From NCBI GenBank assembly GCA_009391235.1, contig VEXD01000004.1:5338-69337 (forward strand): a stretch of 64,000 bases of DNA, in the 5' to 3' direction. The translations under genes were made by a program, and so were the position numbers. This stretch comes from SAR202 cluster bacterium AC-409-J13_OGT_754m. GTDB lineage: Bacteria; Chloroflexota; Dehalococcoidia; Lucifugimonadales; GCA-2712585. Under the pieces are notes generated by a model. That model was not told the DNA's origin. It worked only from the letters and a program-made list of their open reading frames with translations, and did no database searches. Shown here one piece after another: positions 19,049 through 28,462 of the stretch (its first letter is position 1; each line of letters opens with the position of its first letter).

Positions 19049-19936
19049 CTATGCAAATATTTTAATGGCTTGTTTCAACATTTTTACCGTAATTGGTGTA
19101 GTGCCAATCAGCTCACCGTCAATGTTTAGAATATCGTTTGTTTCTGGAAACAAAGAAAAACTGGAGGCCTGATAATAGGTAACTTCTGGTTCATTTATAT
19201 GTGTGCCATTAAAGAGTTTGGGGAGCACTGAAATCAATCTTTGTCTGGTTATATTCGCATCTACCACTACCAGATCAGCAAGCCCGTCATCCAATTTAGC
19301 TAAAGGTGCCATTTTCATGCCCTTTCCAATATGTATGGAGTTACATGCGACTACAAAGGTGAAATCGCCAACGATTGTTTTATCATTAACAACCAAAGTG
19401 GCTCGCCGACTATTTTTTAGAAGTATCTCAATAATGCTAGCAACAGTGTAACGACTAGGCCCTAACCATCGAAGTGACTCAGATCGTTTTCCTACATCTG
19501 TTACCAGTCCCCAACCTACAAGATTAATTGAGAATATTACACTATCGTTCATCTTAATTTGGGCTACATCTATAAAACGGGTATTCTGACCAACTATTGC
19601 TTTAGCAGCTGCAATTGGATTTAAAAGCCCAAGATCATGAGCCACAGAATTACCGGATCCCCCTGGAATTAGGCCTATAGGTAAGGCCATTCCGTCTTGT
19701 CTGCCAAGCATTCCGTTGACGACTTCATGGAAAGTTCCATCACCTCCCAGGATTAAAAGTCCATCGTAATTAGTTAACTCTAATTCTGATGCGAGTTCTC
19801 TGGCATGTCCTGGGAAATCTGTTGTAATTACTGATAGTTCGATTGCGCTTGAGTCAAAAATAGGCTTGATTGTATCCAAAAGCGCGGCGCTTTGTTTTTT
19901 TCCACTCTGTGGGTTAACAACAAGTACGAATCTCAT
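19049..19936 (-). CDS. Diacylglycerol/sphingosine kinase family lipid kinase
   Basis: VNPQSGK, GGDGTFHEVVNG, IPGGSGN, DDGLAD, NIDGE. Confidence 0.9.
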   Translation of the reverse strand: MRFVLVVNPQSGKKQSAALLDTIKPIFDSSAIELSVITTDFPGHARELASELELTNYDGLLILGGDGTFHEVVNGMLGRQDGMALPIGLIPGGSGNSVAHDLGLLNPIAAAKAIVGQNTRFIDVAQIKMNDSVIFSINLVGWGLVTDVGKRSESLRWLGPSRYTVASIIEILLKNSRRATLVVNDKTIVGDFTFVVACNSIHIGKGMKMAPLAKLDDGLADLVVVDANITRQRLISVLPKLFNGTHINEPEVTYYQASSFSLFPETNDILNIDGELIGTTPITVKMLKQAIKIFA

Positions 19937-19978
19937 TTAATATCCAGTTGGTTTCATCTGGTTAGGACATTCATTAAA

Positions 19979-21088
19979 TTAAGGTATTCTGAAAATACCA
20001 ATCACAGGTAAATGGTCGGAAATCAAAAGAGTATCATTTGAACGTACTTTTTGGCCGACAAGAGTTAGAGCATTTGTATAAAACAGGTAATCAATAGTTC
20101 TATCTGGTGAAGCACCACTAATATGGTTGGGTGAGTGGGTGAACCAGTCCGCATAATCTTTACCATTGATAAGTTCTATTGAAGGTATACTTCCCAATAC
20201 CTCTAAGATGGGTGACAATTCTGTGCCGCTTGGGTTGTAATAGCTTTTTCCTTTGGTATCCAGAAGGTTGTATGCAAAGGAAGAAGAAAGTAAATTAAAA
20301 TCTCCTCCTATAATAATGTTATCATGTCCCTGAGCTTGCTTTTTTGTAATTAAACCCATTACCTGTTTCACTTGAATTTCCATAGTATTATCAGATTGAG
20401 CAAACGCACTCAGGTGAGTATTCATAACATTGAGTGTGCCCGAATTAGTGATGGGTAATTGAATTTCTAAAATCGCTCTTTTCGGATTCATTTGTTGCAT
20501 AATCCAGGATTGTGATTGAATGCTAGTCAACGCATAACGAGTGGCTTCTGTAATTTGATACTTGGATATAGTGGACAATTTCATTCCTACTGAGCCCATG
20601 ACGGAAGGATGTGGAACAAAGTCTGCTTTCCAATAAAAGGCTGAAGAGTGGTTTCTGTATTCTTTGGGTAATAGATTCAGTAGAGCTGCAAGTTGGTCCG
20701 CGTGACCTGTGCGTTTTGCTCCTTCGTCTACTTCTTGCAGTAGTACCACATCTGGATTCTCGGCGATAATGATTTCTGCTATTTGCTCTAGGACCTGTTG
20801 GCGTCTACTGATGGATGGCCAACTATCCTCTCCGCCATCAAAGAAAAAGTTGTTGTTTTTGTTTCCTGCTAAAAATTGGATGTTCCAGGATAATACTTTT
20901 AGGTTTTGTCCTGATTCGAGCATTGGCGCATTTGTTAGGTTAACGAATGTAGCGGATTCAACTTCTTCTACCTGCAGTGTAGAGAGATAAATCCAGGCAA
21001 AGAATGAGATGCCAATAAGAGATACAAGTAAAACTAAACAAAAAAGTAATTTCTTAGCGGTGGTATTTAAGGAAATAAAGCGTTTCAT
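19979..21088 (-). CDS. Membrane-anchored endonuclease/exonuclease/phosphatase (EEP) family protein
   Basis: N-terminal TM helix; SWNI, LQEVD, NTHLSAF, GGDFN, IDY, SDHLPV. Confidence 0.88.
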   Translation of the reverse strand: MKRFISLNTTAKKLLFCLVLLVSLIGISFFAWIYLSTLQVEEVESATFVNLTNAPMLESGQNLKVLSWNIQFLAGNKNNNFFFDGGEDSWPSISRRQQVLEQIAEIIIAENPDVVLLQEVDEGAKRTGHADQLAALLNLLPKEYRNHSSAFYWKADFVPHPSVMGSVGMKLSTISKYQITEATRYALTSIQSQSWIMQQMNPKRAILEIQLPITNSGTLNVMNTHLSAFAQSDNTMEIQVKQVMGLITKKQAQGHDNIIIGGDFNLLSSSFAYNLLDTKGKSYYNPSGTELSPILEVLGSIPSIELINGKDYADWFTHSPNHISGASPDRTIDYLFYTNALTLVGQKVRSNDTLLISDHLPVIGIFRIP

Positions 21089-21108
21089 TTAGAATGAGTC
21101 TGAGCCAG

Positions 21109-21204
21109 TTAGGTTCCCCAAAGTTTGCGGAAAATTCTTAAAACTATGTACAAAAGTCCTACAACAACGACAAAAAACTTTAAGTACCCTATAAAGGATT
21201 CCAT
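21109..21204 (-). CDS. Small single-TM protein (31 aa; absent from ORF track)
   Basis: MESFIGYLKFFVVVVGLLYIVLRIFRKLWGT*; hydrophobic core followed by basic residues; TTGGCG-N17-TATAAG promoter ends 6 nt before the ATG. Confidence 0.55.
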   Translation of the reverse strand: MESFIGYLKFFVVVVGLLYIVLRIFRKLWGT

Positions 21205-21266
21205 ATTTTACTTATACACCAATTATGTTCTTGCGCCAACTAAGATTATGGGCCGATATGCTGCTT

Positions 21267-22313
21267 TCATTTGCATTCATAGAGTTCAATGGTTTTAAAC
21301 TCCGCGTCAGAAAATGTACCGGTGTAATATGATGGGATAGACTTTAGAAACATGTCCGTCTCTGGTTGTGCTTCAAAAACCCACCTTTCTTTAGGGCTGA
21401 GACAACCTCCTCCCTTTAAAAACTTCGTGTTGTGCAGACTCTTATGTAAGATGTGTCCATCGATATCCCTAACGGTCATTTCTCCTGTCCAACCTATGTT
21501 AATCAACGAATTATTCGAGACGACTACATCAAATCCGAGAGGTCGGCCCTCCGTATGATTCGAGGCAGCTTCTCTTGTAAGCTCTATTGAATAATCTGGG
21601 ATAAGGGATTCATCTATTCCCTTACGATCAGTGCAATAGTTCGAATACAGGCTTTTAAGTTTGTAATCTCGAAGCACTCCTAGATCAGGGCTATCTGATT
21701 TTAATCTCATTGTGGCTGTTTCACCTGGAGATAGACAGGGGAAAATGCCGATACCCATCTCCTGGAACACGGTTTTTTCACCTTTCCAGACTGTATAGCC
21801 TTCTTCGTCTTTATAGTTTACTTCGTAGACTATATAGATTCCCCCAACAGCCTGAGAGGAATGAAGGTTTGTCACTAGCCCGTGCACATCGTTCCCATGA
21901 CGGGTGGAAGTAAGTTGAATGAATTCTGATGAAGGGATGGGCGTAGGTGCAGGCGTAGGCGTAGGCGTAGGCGTAGGCATGGGTGTAGAGGTAGGAGTAG
22001 CTAGAGGTGTCACGGGCACCGGAGTAGCAGTAAGTGGAGGGGTAGTTATAGGTATAGGGACTTCTTTTATTACTTCCACCTCTACGATCTTCTCTATTAT
22101 TTGAGCAACAGGAGTAGGGGAATCGAGAAAGCGAGCTTTCACCATTGCTTCAACCGTTGCGGGAATATTAATGGCTTTTATTCGGGCACTAATTGTGGCT
22201 TCAATGTCGGGTGTAGGTTCAACAGGTGAGGCTTCCTCGGAATTTGAAGAGCAAGCAACAGAAAGCAATAGAAGTAATGAGACTACTGTGATTAGAATGT
22301 ATTGCTTAATCAC
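21267..22313 (-). CDS. Lipoprotein with Pro/Thr-rich linker and two putative beta-sandwich domains
   Basis: Lipobox LSVAC, PTPDIEATI motif, PT repeats, duplicated CLSPxE motif (CLSPGE, CLSPKE); GTG start after GAGG. Confidence 0.7.
   Translation of the reverse strand: MIKQYILITVVSLLLLLSVACSSNSEEASPVEPTPDIEATISARIKAINIPATVEAMVKARFLDSPTPVAQIIEKIVEVEVIKEVPIPITTPPLTATPVPVTPLATPTSTPMPTPTPTPTPAPTPIPSSEFIQLTSTRHGNDVHGLVTNLHSSQAVGGIYIVYEVNYKDEEGYTVWKGEKTVFQEMGIGIFPCLSPGETATMRLKSDSPDLGVLRDYKLKSLYSNYCTDRKGIDESLIPDYSIELTREAASNHTEGRPLGFDVVVSNNSLINIGWTGEMTVRDIDGHILHKSLHNTKFLKGGGCLSPKERWVFEAQPETDMFLKSIPSYYTGTFSDAEFKTIELYECK
21951..21978. repeat. Hexanucleotide tandem repeat (AGGCGT) x4.6 encoding the Pro-Thr linker
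   Basis: aggcgt aggcgt aggcgt aggcgt aggc read directly. Confidence 0.85.
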
Positions 22314-22422
22314 CTGACCACCTCATGTTCAAGTCAATTCATGTATTACTTATACATCAATTCCGTTACCGATCCAAGGTTGAGCCATTTTACAAATAAA
22401 TTGCGTATATCATATAGTGGGA

Positions 22423-22809
22423 TTACCTGGGGTCTGTGACGTTAACTACCATGTAGTTAGCAGAATTCCTGGAAACTAGCATTCTTGCAATATCGGTTTT
22501 GCTAATGTTTTCTTCTACGTGTACTACGTTAGCCGGCACATAGAGAAAATCGCCCTCTTGGGCCAATAAATTATACTCAAGTGTATTACCGTAGTGCATG
22601 CGAATTGTACCTGAGAGTATGTAAATCCCTGACTCTGCGTCACCATGATGGTGAGGTGCGCTTTGACCTGGTGGAGCAGTTACCAAGCCAACCCATAATC
22701 CGGAACTGCCACAGGTATCTGATGCTATTCCTGAGGTTCGATGCATGCCGGGGGTTTGCGTAGTCTGTATGCTTTGTTGCTCTGGTTTAATCAAGGAAAT
22801 TTGGTTCAT
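22423..22809 (-). CDS. Cupin domain protein
   Basis: PHHHGDAESGIYILSG and GDFLYVPANVVHVEEN cupin motifs. Confidence 0.88.
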   Translation of the reverse strand: MNQISLIKPEQQSIQTTQTPGMHRTSGIASDTCGSSGLWVGLVTAPPGQSAPHHHGDAESGIYILSGTIRMHYGNTLEYNLLAQEGDFLYVPANVVHVEENISKTDIARMLVSRNSANYMVVNVTDPR

Positions 22810-22886
22810 ATTCTCTCCAACAGAAGATTAAATTTATGTGTGTATAGCTTTGCTCTAGGTAAATTGTTGGATATAAACACGTGATT

Positions 22887-23684
22887 TTATGTAGAGGCCG
22901 ATATGCCACCATCAATGTTTATGGATATACCAGTTAAGTAACTGGCTCTCTCAGAAGCTAGGAATGCAATAACATCCCCTGCTTCTTGTGATTCGCCCAC
23001 TCTTCCTAGCGGTACAGCTCTATTTGTCGCAATCTGATTGTAATATGTCTCAATCGTGAGATCTTTATTTACCTTAATTTGGTTCATAAAACCGTCTGAC
23101 TGTTGGCCGCTTTTTATTACTCCGATACAAACTGTATTTACAAGAATATTATATTCAGCTAGATCTTTGGACATGGCTTTTGTTAATGCTATACCTGCTG
23201 CTCTTGTTACAGAGGTAGGAAGAGAGGATTTCCCTGGCGTTTTTCCAGATATCGCAGTTACATTGATGATCCTGCCGGATCCTATTTTACGCATATAAGG
23301 GATGACATCTCTGCTAAACCGTATTGCCGCAAAAAGCTTTAAGTCCAAGTCAGTTTCCCAAATTGAGTCCTCTACATTTTCGAACTGATTAGCTGATGAC
23401 CGCCCGGCATTATTGACCAAAATGTCTATTCGCCCAAATTTACTATAAGCTGTCTCTATAGTCCTTTGTATATCTAACTTCTTGGTAACGTCACCTACAA
23501 CCGTTATAATTTCGGCCTTGCTTTTACCCCTGATTTCAGATGCTGCTTTTTCTAAGACGTCTTCACGGCGTGCAATTATGACCGTATTAGCCCCTTCTTG
23601 TCCGAGGCGAATGGCAGTGGCCTTTCCAATTCCATCGCTTCCCCCTGTTATGATGGCTACCTTTCCTTTGAGACCTAATTCCAT
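22887..23684 (-). CDS. SDR family oxidoreductase (atypical catalytic motif)
   Basis: TGGSDGIG, ILVNNAG, ASYLTG and IDGG; TSVTR replaces YxxxK. Confidence 0.88.
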   Translation of the reverse strand: MELGLKGKVAIITGGSDGIGKATAIRLGQEGANTVIIARREDVLEKAASEIRGKSKAEIITVVGDVTKKLDIQRTIETAYSKFGRIDILVNNAGRSSANQFENVEDSIWETDLDLKLFAAIRFSRDVIPYMRKIGSGRIINVTAISGKTPGKSSLPTSVTRAAGIALTKAMSKDLAEYNILVNTVCIGVIKSGQQSDGFMNQIKVNKDLTIETYYNQIATNRAVPLGRVGESQEAGDVIAFLASERASYLTGISINIDGGISAST

Positions 23685-23801
23685 GACTCCTCCTGTATGC
23701 GTGCAATTATTAAATATGAAGTAGTATAACTATAGTTACTTTCTTCTAATAAATTGGGGCTGCAAAATTATAGGGTGTTGTTCCAGAAGAAAAACAGGCA
23801 T

Positions 23802-24176
23802 TTAGTTTTTATCTTGTGACCATCCAATAACGGATGCTACTGCATAATTACGTGAATGGGAGATGCTAATGGCGAGCTCTTGGATACCCAGATTGTCTGC
23901 TATGATCTTTGCGTTACCATGAAGCGATATGGTAGGAGCCTGGCCAGGCAATCTCAATATTTCAAAATCCTTCCACTTTACGCCTCTTATTCCAGTACCC
24001 AAAGCTTTCATTGCTGCTTCCTTGGCCGCGAATCTTGCTGCGAGACGTTCAACTTTATCACGACAATATATTAGTTCATCAGCTGTATAGATTCGATGTA
24101 AAAACCGTGTCCCCCATCGTTGAATAGTCTGCTGGATACGGTCAATTTCAATTATATCTATTCCAGTTAACAACAT
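23802..24176 (-). CDS. acpS: Holo-[acyl-carrier-protein] synthase
   Basis: GIDIIEI, LAARFAAKEAAMKALGTG, SISHS. Confidence 0.95.
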   Translation of the reverse strand: MLLTGIDIIEIDRIQQTIQRWGTRFLHRIYTADELIYCRDKVERLAARFAAKEAAMKALGTGIRGVKWKDFEILRLPGQAPTISLHGNAKIIADNLGIQELAISISHSRNYAVASVIGWSQDKN

Positions 24177-24385
24177 CTTTGATGGTTATATCAACTCTAA
24201 TATGGGTAAGTTTGTAGAAGGAGTGTATTATATATATGTCATACCTACCGTGTCTAACGGATTTGGATGAGCATTTGATATTTATAGTATGTAGAAGGAT
24301 GGTTTGTTTGGCATTTATAAGTTCTCATCAGGTACAATCAAACCGAATAAAATGTAATTTGCCTGATTAGATTGAGGAGAAAGGA

Positions 24386-25267
24386 ATGACCATATTGCTG
24401 GATGGTAAGGCAACTTCGCAAGTAATTCGAGAAGAGATAGCAGCTTCAGTTAAAGATTTGGTAACCAACACTGGGATTACCCCTGGATTAGCTGCAGTCC
24501 TTGTTGGAGATGATCCTGCATCTGCCGTGTACGTTAGGAACAAGAGTCGTGCTTGTGGAGAGGTTGGGATATTTGCGGAGACTTTTAGACTATCTGCTGA
24601 CTCAACGCAGCACGAACTAGAAGAATTGATTGATAGTCTTAATAGCAATGATAAGTTTCATGGTGTATTAATTCAGTTACCGTTACCGCAACATATGGAT
24701 GAAATTAAGGTGATAGCTCGATTGGATCCCAATAAAGATGTTGATTGTATGCATCCGTTGAACATTGGTCTTTTAATGCAAGGCAGGTCGGATTTTATAC
24801 CAGGCACCCCAGGGGGAATACAACAACTCCTAGTTCGTAATGGATATAGCACGAATGGCAAGCACGTAGTTATCTGTGGTAGAAGCAATATTGTGGGCAA
24901 ACCACTTGCAATACTGATGCTACAGAAAACATTGGATGCCAATGCTACTGTAACAGTATGTCATACCGGCACCTCGGATTTGCCTTCTATAACTAAGAAA
25001 GCTGACATATTGGTAGCCGCGATAGGTAAACCTAAAGCAATTAGAGCGGACATGGTAAGAGATGGGGCTATAGTCGTAGATGTAGGTATAAATAGGATAG
25101 ATGATGCTAGTAAACGCCGGGGATACAGGCTAGTTGGGGATGTGGATTTTGATGGAGTAGTAGGCAAGGTGGCGGCAATTACTCCTGTTCCAGGAGGGGT
25201 AGGCCCTATGACTATTGCTATGCTTCTAGTTAATACTATTACCGCTGCGAAGAAGCGTCTAGGTTAA
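24386..25267 (+). CDS. folD: Bifunctional methylenetetrahydrofolate dehydrogenase/cyclohydrolase
   Basis: YVRNK, QLPLP, GRSNIVGKP, DVGINR, TPVPGGVGPMT. Confidence 0.96.
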   Translation: MTILLDGKATSQVIREEIAASVKDLVTNTGITPGLAAVLVGDDPASAVYVRNKSRACGEVGIFAETFRLSADSTQHELEELIDSLNSNDKFHGVLIQLPLPQHMDEIKVIARLDPNKDVDCMHPLNIGLLMQGRSDFIPGTPGGIQQLLVRNGYSTNGKHVVICGRSNIVGKPLAILMLQKTLDANATVTVCHTGTSDLPSITKKADILVAAIGKPKAIRADMVRDGAIVVDVGINRIDDASKRRGYRLVGDVDFDGVVGKVAAITPVPGGVGPMTIAMLLVNTITAAKKRLG

Positions 25268-25289
25268 ATTGTATGCCACTCTATACGAT

Positions 25290-26786
25290 TTATTCTGCGT
25301 TGGGTCCGTGTGGTGCGTATGAAGTTGCATTTGGGTTGCCCTTGACGTATCTAGCCTGACCCTGTTTACCGACAAGTTTACCGTCGTCGATAACAACATG
25401 GCCTCTTACCATAGTAAGCACTGGCATCCCGAGGAGTTCCATTCCTCTGAAGGTAGATAGGTCACTAATACCATGCTCATCAGTTACTGTATGAGGTCTA
25501 GATTGGTCCCATATGGCTAGGTCGGCATCTGAACCTGGCTGAAGTATACCTTTTTGAGGATATATACCGAATATTTTAGCTGGATTTTCACAGAATAATT
25601 GAACAAATCTGGGCATTGTAATACGACCTGTGTTAACCCCATGTGACCAAACTACTGGCATCATGAATTCCAGTGTAGAAAGTCCTGCAGCGATATCGAA
25701 GATATTTTCATTTTCCAAATCAGGCTCTTTGGCATTTCCAATAACAGAACCTAGACTACCAGTTAATTTCAGGTTACGTGTGTAACCAGTGAAGTCACTA
25801 CCGATGGTATTAAGTGTACCTCTGGCTATGCCGTCCCACATGGCGATCTTATCCTCATCTTGTCTTAATGGAGGAGCCACCTTAAGAGCATAGCCCTGTT
25901 TTAGCATGTCATTATCTGTCAGAGTTAGGTAATGAGGACATGTTTCTCCGTAAAGATTGAGGCCTTTATCCTTGTAATGGTCCAATATAGGCAGTACATC
26001 ATGAGTGCTTAAATGAACTGGATATAGAGGAGAGCCAGTTACCATGGCCATTGTAGCTGCTCTATTAACAGCTTCAGCTTCTAATATGTTCGGCGCTGAC
26101 TTAAGGTGGAATTGGCGAGAAGTTTGTCCTTGACTGCGAAAGCGGTTTTCCAGAAACACCTTACAACATCCATTTTCAGCATGAACCATTGCCATGCCCC
26201 CATCTTTTGCAGATAGGTCCATAACTCGCATGATCATATCGTCTGGGAGAGCCATTTGATTAGAAGACGCATCAGATACCCAGGGATTCCAGGTCATAAA
26301 CATTTTGAATGAAATGGCGCCTAGGCGAATAAGTTCTGGGATAACCTTATCTATAGTGTCTTCGTCTCGCATGGTGATGAGCCCATGTACAGCGAAGTCG
26401 GTATATGATACTTCCTCGGCGTATTCTATGAATCCTTTTACGATATCCGGGTTGTATTTTCGTATGCCCCATGTATTTTCAAAGTGTTCGTGTCTATGAG
26501 TTTCTGAGCCTATAAATGCATGTACGGTAGTTACTCCTCCATAAGCGGCACAAATGGAGTAAGTATCCATTTTATCTCCAAATATAGGATGAGCATGACA
26601 ATCTATTCCACCTGGCAGGATATAACGACCCTTAGCATCTATTACATTGCGAGCCTTGGAATCAGCAATATTAGTTCCGAGTTCTTCCACCTTTCCGTTG
26701 GATATAAGGATATCTGATCGAGTGATACCTTCACCGGATACAAGCAGTCCGCCTTTAATGAGCAAATCACTGAGTTGCGTAGTCAT
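25290..26786 (-). CDS. Dihydropyrimidinase/hydantoinase-family cyclic amidohydrolase
   Basis: PGGIDCHAH, SFKMF (carbamylated Lys), VHAEN, GETCPHYL, PPLR, NPAKIFGIYPQKG. Confidence 0.85.
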   Translation of the reverse strand: MTTQLSDLLIKGGLLVSGEGITRSDILISNGKVEELGTNIADSKARNVIDAKGRYILPGGIDCHAHPIFGDKMDTYSICAAYGGVTTVHAFIGSETHRHEHFENTWGIRKYNPDIVKGFIEYAEEVSYTDFAVHGLITMRDEDTIDKVIPELIRLGAISFKMFMTWNPWVSDASSNQMALPDDMIMRVMDLSAKDGGMAMVHAENGCCKVFLENRFRSQGQTSRQFHLKSAPNILEAEAVNRAATMAMVTGSPLYPVHLSTHDVLPILDHYKDKGLNLYGETCPHYLTLTDNDMLKQGYALKVAPPLRQDEDKIAMWDGIARGTLNTIGSDFTGYTRNLKLTGSLGSVIGNAKEPDLENENIFDIAAGLSTLEFMMPVVWSHGVNTGRITMPRFVQLFCENPAKIFGIYPQKGILQPGSDADLAIWDQSRPHTVTDEHGISDLSTFRGMELLGMPVLTMVRGHVVIDDGKLVGKQGQARYVKGNPNATSYAPHGPNAE

Positions 26787-26890
26787 AATATGCCTCCGAA
26801 GGGAACTTAGACGAATGGTATGCTAGCATTCACGTGATGGGATAACAAGGCGATAAATTTAGTTTGTGATATAATTTGCTCCTTCTTTGT

Positions 26891-27919
26891 ATGAAGACAA
26901 GTGATTTTGACTACTCTTTGCCTCCAGAATATATCGCTCAAACTCCTCTGAAGTGTCGCGATGATAGTAGAATGTTGGTTGTCGATCGCTCAACAGGTCT
27001 CCTAAAAGACTCCAAATTCCGTAATTTGGTTGAACATTTGAACTCTGGGGATGTTCTGGTATTTAATGATACTAGGGTAATACCCGGACGAATATATGCA
27101 AGAAATGTGATTACTCAGCGTAATGTTGAATTGTTGTTGTTGCGAAGAATTGAACCCGGAATATGGCATGCGATTGGCAAACCCGGAAAATATTTGAAAG
27201 CAGGATCTCGCTTTAATGTCAAAGGTTCAGACGTAATTATTGAAGTGATTGATTGGCATGAAGGTGGAATCCGTGTTTTGAAGTTATCAACGGAGAAGGA
27301 TATGGAATCCTGGGGGCATACCCCTCTTCCTCCGTACATTCGACAGCCTCTAGAGGACCCAGAGAGATACCAGACTATATATTCCCAGACATTGGGTAGC
27401 GTTGCAGCTCCTACTGCCGGTTTGCATTTTACTAAGAAGGTTTTAGATGATCTGAAACGGAAAGGAGTTTGCCAAACATCTATTACGTTACATATAGGTA
27501 TCGATACTTTCAGACCAGTTGATGTTGAGGATCCTATGAATCATCATATTCATAGAGAATATATTTTTTGCGATTCGGATACAGCAAAAAAGATCAAATC
27601 AGCTAAACAAAATGGTGGAAGGGTTATTGCAGTTGGAACAACTGTAGTTCGCACACTAGAACAGCTAGCTCTTTGGTATGATTTAGGTGCGGAGGACATT
27701 TCCTCCTCTATGGAAGGATGGGCTGACATTCTAATACTTCCTGGACATAAATTCAGGGTGGTTGATTCGATGATAACTAACTTTCATTTGCCTAAGAGTA
27801 CGGTTTTAATGATGACAAGTGCGTTTGCAGGATGGGACAGGATTGAACATGCATATATGGCAGCTATGAAAATGAATTATCGGTTTTACAGCTTTGGGGA
27901 TTCTATGTTGATTCTTTAG
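26891..27919 (+). CDS. queA: S-adenosylmethionine:tRNA ribosyltransferase-isomerase
   Basis: FDYSLP, PLPPYI, YQTIY, AAPTAGLHFT, TNFHLPKST, YRFYSFGDSM. Confidence 0.96.
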   Translation: MKTSDFDYSLPPEYIAQTPLKCRDDSRMLVVDRSTGLLKDSKFRNLVEHLNSGDVLVFNDTRVIPGRIYARNVITQRNVELLLLRRIEPGIWHAIGKPGKYLKAGSRFNVKGSDVIIEVIDWHEGGIRVLKLSTEKDMESWGHTPLPPYIRQPLEDPERYQTIYSQTLGSVAAPTAGLHFTKKVLDDLKRKGVCQTSITLHIGIDTFRPVDVEDPMNHHIHREYIFCDSDTAKKIKSAKQNGGRVIAVGTTVVRTLEQLALWYDLGAEDISSSMEGWADILILPGHKFRVVDSMITNFHLPKSTVLMMTSAFAGWDRIEHAYMAAMKMNYRFYSFGDSMLIL

Positions 27920-27990
27920 GATGCTTTTGGTTTGGATGTGAGTCGGTAACGTTAAACAAGGTGTTGAAGCAGCCTTATTGAGATTAACTA

Positions 27991-28344
27991 TTAGATCTGG
28001 ATCAATTGAAGAATATTCCCGTCGGGGTCACAAAAAGTAGACACCCAACCTCCCCAATCCTCTTTTTCAGGAATTCGCATAAAGACGACTCCTTTTTTCG
28101 ATAGTCGAGAATACTCCTCGGAAATATCGGTTACACCTAGGTTAATCATTATTCTGAATGGATCGCTATTTGGACCATTTACTTTATCATGAAGGCCTAA
28201 ATTGAGACGGAAACCTTTGAATTTAAATGCGACGAAATCACCATGATTTGAATGCAAAGGTAATTTCATAATATCTCTATAGAATGGCAACATATTGTCA
28301 ATATTTGACGTCCAGATGGTGACACCTATAACTCCATAGATCAT
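27991..28344 (-). CDS. VOC/glyoxalase family protein
   Basis: C-terminal WGGWVSTFCDPDGNILQL; SD AAGGAGG. Confidence 0.85.
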   Translation of the reverse strand: MIYGVIGVTIWTSNIDNMLPFYRDIMKLPLHSNHGDFVAFKFKGFRLNLGLHDKVNGPNSDPFRIMINLGVTDISEEYSRLSKKGVVFMRIPEKEDWGGWVSTFCDPDGNILQLIQI

Positions 28345-28462
28345 ATGACCTCCTTAAAATTCTTCCTCATTAGTGGGCTAAGCTTTATACTTATATAACA
28401 TAGGATCACTGTTAATATAATGGAAAGTACATATCATTGCTCTACTATTTCGGGAGGTTACT

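Noticed and set aside
9737-23684. Accessory genes after tRNA-Ile as a genomic island
   Set aside because: No integrase, transposase or att repeat seen, and no obvious compositional break by eye.
24236-24370. 44-codon ORF after AAGGAG between acpS and folD
   Set aside because: It lies in a divergent promoter region, SD spacing is long and the sequence has no recognisable features; probably chance.
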